In this document: positions 57,789-64,000 of the stretch, piece by piece
Layout: every line of letters starts with the position of its first letter
Position numbering within the stretch: position 1 is the stretch's first letter
Program-made: the position numbers and the translations under genes
Notes under the pieces: model-generated
What the model was told of the DNA's origin: nothing
The model's input: the letters and a program-made list of their open reading frames with translations, nothing else
Databases searched by the model: none
Assembly: GCF_009914755.1 (NCBI RefSeq)
Contig: NC_060941.1
Strand: one strand, 5' to 3'
DNA: 64,000 nt
Origin: the human T2T-CHM13v2.0 reference genome, Homo sapiens

Positions 57789-58414
57789 GTAAGTGTGTGA
57801 AAGAGGGTATAAAACCCCAAGGTTTTAAGGGGAAGGATCAGGGTGGCCCAGAGATGTAGTGAAAAAAATAAAAAGTTAAGGGCCCTTTCTGGGACAGTGG
57901 GTGAAACAGTTGTTCCTAAACGAAGAGTAAATTTAATCTAATTTCCTAATCTACCACAAAACCCTGTCTTTATTCTACAACTGAAATTTGTTTGGCATGG
58001 CAATAGTCACCTTGAAAGAAGCCACACTGATGAAGACCTAACTTATTTTTGCTTTTAACTTCACAGCTAATATATGTTGCCTTGGGGGATAGGGGAATAA
58101 CGTCCTACATAACTTTATGCTAGTGGGGAACTCCTTTTCTTCAGCACAACTTTTTCCTTTTTCTCTGCTGCCAAACCAGGAGCAGAAGTGGTGGTCTGTA
58201 CCAGTGCTGGACCCATGGTAGGCCCCTAATAAATGCTGTGCATTCATTCATTCATTCATTCATTCATTGGTTCATTCATTCATCCAACCAACATTTATTA
58301 TTGATTGAAGATGATATGGCAAAAAATAAAGTGGTTGTACTTGAAGTCAAGGTCATTCTCATGTTCTTTCTTTTCTTTTTTTTTTTTTTCTTTTTTTGTT
58401 GTTGTTGTTTTTGA

Positions 58415-59025
<611 letters not shown>

Positions 59026-59090
59026 TGAGGTGATCCACCCGCCTTGGCCTCCCAAAGTGCTGGGATTACAGGCGTGAGCCACTGCACCCG

Positions 59091-59125
<35 letters not shown>

Positions 59126-59254
59126 AGACGGAGTCTCACTCTGTTGCCCAGCCTGGAGTGCAGTGGCATGATCGTGACTCACTACAACCTCCACCTCCTG
59201 ATCTTTACCCTCTATAATCCTTCTGGCCTATGCCTCCTAGTGATCATTTTTACT

Positions 59255-59945
<691 letters not shown>

Positions 59946-60081
59946 TTTTGATTATATCATTTATGCCAATGTGTTTCATAATTGCAGAAGGCTTTTTGGG
60001 TTCTCTTTCTAGTCTTGTTATTCCCATTCTCTCTTTTTTGTTTTGTTTTGCTTTTGTTTTGTTTGTTTGTTTGTTTTTTAG

Positions 60082-60180
<99 letters not shown>

Positions 60181-60183
60181 TGA

Positions 60184-60405
<222 letters not shown>

Positions 60406-60771
60406 TGAGTTAGTTTGATTGTGGGGGGGGGCAGGTGCACACACAGTTTGCAAAACAAAGGGAAAGATTTGGTATTTGGAAGCTTTGTTAAGAACTGTAG
60501 GCCGGGTGCTGTGGCTCACGCCTGTAATCCCAGCACTTTGGGAGGCCGAGGCGGGTGGATCACGAGGTCAGGAGTTCAAGACCAGCCTGGTGAAACCTCA
60601 TCTCTACTAAAAATACAAAAAAGTAGCCAGGTGTGGTGGTGCATGCCTGTAATCCCAGCTACTCAGGAGGCTGAGGCAGGAGAATCGCTTGAACCCGGGA
60701 AGTGGAAGGTTGCAGTGAGCTGAGATCGCACCACTACACTCCAGCCTGGGCGACAGAGCAAGACTCTGTCT

Positions 60772-60810
<39 letters not shown>

Positions 60811-61682
60811 TAGTAAAGCCCTCTTAAGATGATAAGGGAATTTTGCTTATTTTCTTTTTCCTAAGAACTTGAAATGCTGTCTGTGCCACTTTTAGTAATT
60901 TTTTTCTCTTTTTCATTACCTCCCTCCCACCCTGTCTTCTTACTCATTCTCTGTGTTGATATATCCATTTGAATGGGATAAGACATGAAGAAGGAAAAAT
61001 TATTTTAGGTGAATATTTGCATTGTGTAAGAAATTATTCTAGGAAAGAAACTGAAAAAATATTCTGCTCTCAATAATATACAACACTGGGAGGCCAAGGC
61101 AGGAAGGTCACTTGAAGCCAGGAGTTTGAAACCAGCCTGGGCAACAAAGCAAGAGCCTTTCATCTCTACAAAAAATTTAAAAATCAGCCAGGCACGGTGT
61201 CGTGTGCCTGTAGTCCCAGCTACTAAGGAGGCTGAGGTGGGAGGGTTGCTTGAGCCCATGAGTTCAAGGCTGCAGTAAGCTATGATCTCACCCCGCACTC
61301 CAGCCTGGGTGACCAAGCAAGACCCTGTCTCTAAAAAAAACAAATTTAACAACAACAATAATAATATACAATAGTTTCAACGTTAATATACCTATCAGAA
61401 TAGTTGCAGTGTTAATATAGCTCCTGCCACTTTCATATATCTACATATTTGTTCCTCCCTGTAGTTGGCATGTATTTAGAGATTTAAAACTTTTTTGTAT
61501 TAATATAAACAAAATGTAGTAAATATATTTAAATTCAGGTATAGGCTGGGCACAGTGGCTCACACCTGTAATCTCGACACTTTGGGAGGCCAAGGCGGGC
61601 GGATCACTTGTGGTCAGGAGTTCGAGACCAGCCCGGCCAACATGGTGAAACCCGTCTCTACTAAAAATACAGAAATTAGCTA

Positions 61683-61919
<237 letters not shown>

Positions 61920-62044
61920 TTATTGAGTTTCTCCAGTGCCACATTGCTAATTGAGAACTACCTGGGAGGGGCATCTCCTAGCCAGTTCCTGGTGGCCATT
62001 CTTGGTATTGTCTTTCAACATGTCTATAAATCCTCTATCCTTAG

Positions 62045-62180
62045 CTTTTGAAGAGGGAGAACAGCAGATTGCTCAGTTACATGGGTCTGGATTTTAATTC
62101 TTTGCCGTATCAAGTACCTACTTCAGATGAAGGAGGCGCAAGACAAAATCCAGGACTTGCCTATGGAAACCCATATTCTG
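62045..62180 (+). CDS. CALCOCO2: CALCOCO2 exon 11 (LLKRENSRLLSYMG...PGLAYGNPYS-G), 136 nt, includes the galectin-8-binding YGNPY region; zinc-finger exons lie beyond the window
   Basis: atccttag|CTT acceptor, CTG|GTAAGA donor; ORF-track 62048..62254. Confidence 0.95.
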
Positions 62181-63354
62181 GTAAGACAACTTTCCCATTC
62201 CAACTGGAAGGACCCTGCCTGCATCCCTTTCCCCTACTAAATTTTTGTTTCTGAGGTGCTAATTAAGACCAGTCTCATTGTTAAGACTTGCTGGGCAGAA
62301 GCTGAGGACCCAGTAGAAAGATTGCCAGGCGAGAAGTGTTAATTGAGAAATAAATCTGAATCCAGAAGACACAAATCAGATCATTCGCCTAGAGGCAGCA
62401 GACACAAATTGAGTCCCGTGGCTATATTCCAAATGTGTAAATCAGAGAAATGTCTTTATGTAGAAGATATACACATACAAAGCTGAGGAAGCTAATTAAG
62501 GTTTTGAAATGGTAGCAAGAGAGGCAAGTTATGCCGCCCAGGAACTAGCAGTTACAGCAGCCACCCTGATGGCTAACCAAGGATGACAGAAACGTGCTCC
62601 ACAGAGACTCCTCGATGGTAGGACAGGAAATGGGGGTGAAAAGGACTTGGGGTAACATGTCCTTGCCAAACAGGGAGCTTTTCTCATTTGTCTCCAAAAG
62701 CAATATGAGATCTCATTTACTTTTTGGGACAGTTAAAGCAGCAGTATTATCTTTAGAGTTACAACCAGATGTTTATAACAGGCAACAAGTTTATTTTTCC
62801 TTTAAAATAAGTTTGTGGCCGTGCGCGGTGGCTCACACCTGTAATCCCAGCACTGTGGGAGGCCGAGGCGGGCAGATCACCTGAGGTCAGGAGTTCGAGA
62901 CAAGCGTGGCTAACGTGGTGAAACCCTGTCTCTACTAAAAATACAAAAATTAGCTGGGCATAGTAGTGGACTTGGCTCACTGCAACCTCCGTCTCCTGGG
63001 CTCAACCGATCCTCTCACCTCAGTGCAACCTCCGCCTCCTGGGCTCACCTGATCCTCTCACCTCAGCCTACCAAGTAGCAGAGACTAAGGCGCCAGCCAC
63101 CACACCCAGCTAATTTTTGTATTTTATGTAGAGATGGGGTTTTGCCATGTTGCCCAGGCCGGTTTCGAACTCCTGAGCTTAAGCAGTCCACCCACCTCAG
63201 CCTCCCAAAGTGCTGGGATATGTGAGCCATCGTACCTGACTGTGGATACAGTCTTAAAACCTATTCTCAGATAGTCATTAAATTGTTACTGTTTTTATTA
63301 AAATCTCATTTTCCCCACTCTGAAAATAGCTTTGTTGTTTTTTTCTGACTGTAT

Positions 63355-63438
63355 AACATATATATATATGTATATATATATATGTGTGTGTATATATATA
63401 TATATATATAAAGCCTGTGTGTGTGTGTGTGTGTGTGT
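63355..63438. repeat. Compound (TA)n/(TG)n microsatellite
   Basis: Read directly. Confidence 0.9.
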
Positions 63439-64000
63439 GAAATGAAAATACAATTTTCATTTGTAATTTTATTTTGAAATAATGAAAATACAATTTCAGG
63501 CTGGGTGTCGTGGCTCACTCCTGTAATCCCAGCACTTTGAGAGGCCGAGGCAGGCGGATCACTTGAGGTCAGGAGTTTGAGACCAGCCTGGCCAACATGG
63601 AGAAACCCTGTCTCTACTAAAACTACCAAAAATTAGCCAGGCATGGTGGTAGGCACCTGTAATCCCAGCTACTCAGGAGGCTGAGGCAGGAGAATTGCTT
63701 GAACCCAGGAGACAGAGGCTGCAGTGAGCTGAGATCACACTAGTGCACTCCAGCCTAGGCGACAAAGCGAGACTCTGTCTCAAAAAAAAAAAAAAATACG
63801 ATTTCATTATTTATGTTTTCTTTTCACCTTATCATTGACCTAGATCCCCTCTATCAGAAGTAACGGTATATATATGAGAGAGAAAGAATCAGAGGCATTG
63901 AGGAGAAAGGGAACAATGAAAGTTACAGGAAATATCTGCCAGAACACAGTTGGAGAAGCTAGGGATGGTATTTTCTCATTGAATGAGATCTTTTTTATTC

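Overview
Primate (very probably human) genomic DNA, extremely Alu-dense, carrying two divergently oriented protein-coding genes. TTLL6 (tubulin polyglutamylase) is on the minus strand: coding exons 1-6 lie at 18637->1203 and the gene continues off the left edge. CALCOCO2/NDP52 (selective-autophagy receptor) is on the plus strand: a non-coding exon 1 at ~32621-32664, coding exons 2-11 at 43280-62180, and the terminal zinc-finger exons beyond the right edge. The ~14 kb between the two CpG-island promoters is a stack of Alus and ERV1 LTRs (MER41B, MER31-like, MER4-group). Most notable observations: (1) a 165-nt phase-0/0 'fossil' exon in CALCOCO2 intron 9 that aligns without gaps to a coiled-coil segment of the paralogue TAX1BP1 and is broken by one TGA; that intron also uses a non-canonical GC donor; (2) an in-frame TGA at the start of TTLL6 exon 3, predicting a null allele of the long isoform on this haplotype; (3) a MER41B LTR 5.4 kb upstream of CALCOCO2 with both GAS/STAT motifs intact, plus an LTR-borne ARE; (4) a 116-bp ~96% non-Alu inverted duplication in CALCOCO2 intron 1; (5) a perfect (TAGAA)44 replacing an AluY tail. 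There is no evidence for prokaryote-type systems, and nearly all other listed ORFs are Alu or microsatellite artefacts. Gene, paralogue and repeat-family identifications come from recalled sequences, not database searches; repeat boundaries are approximate.
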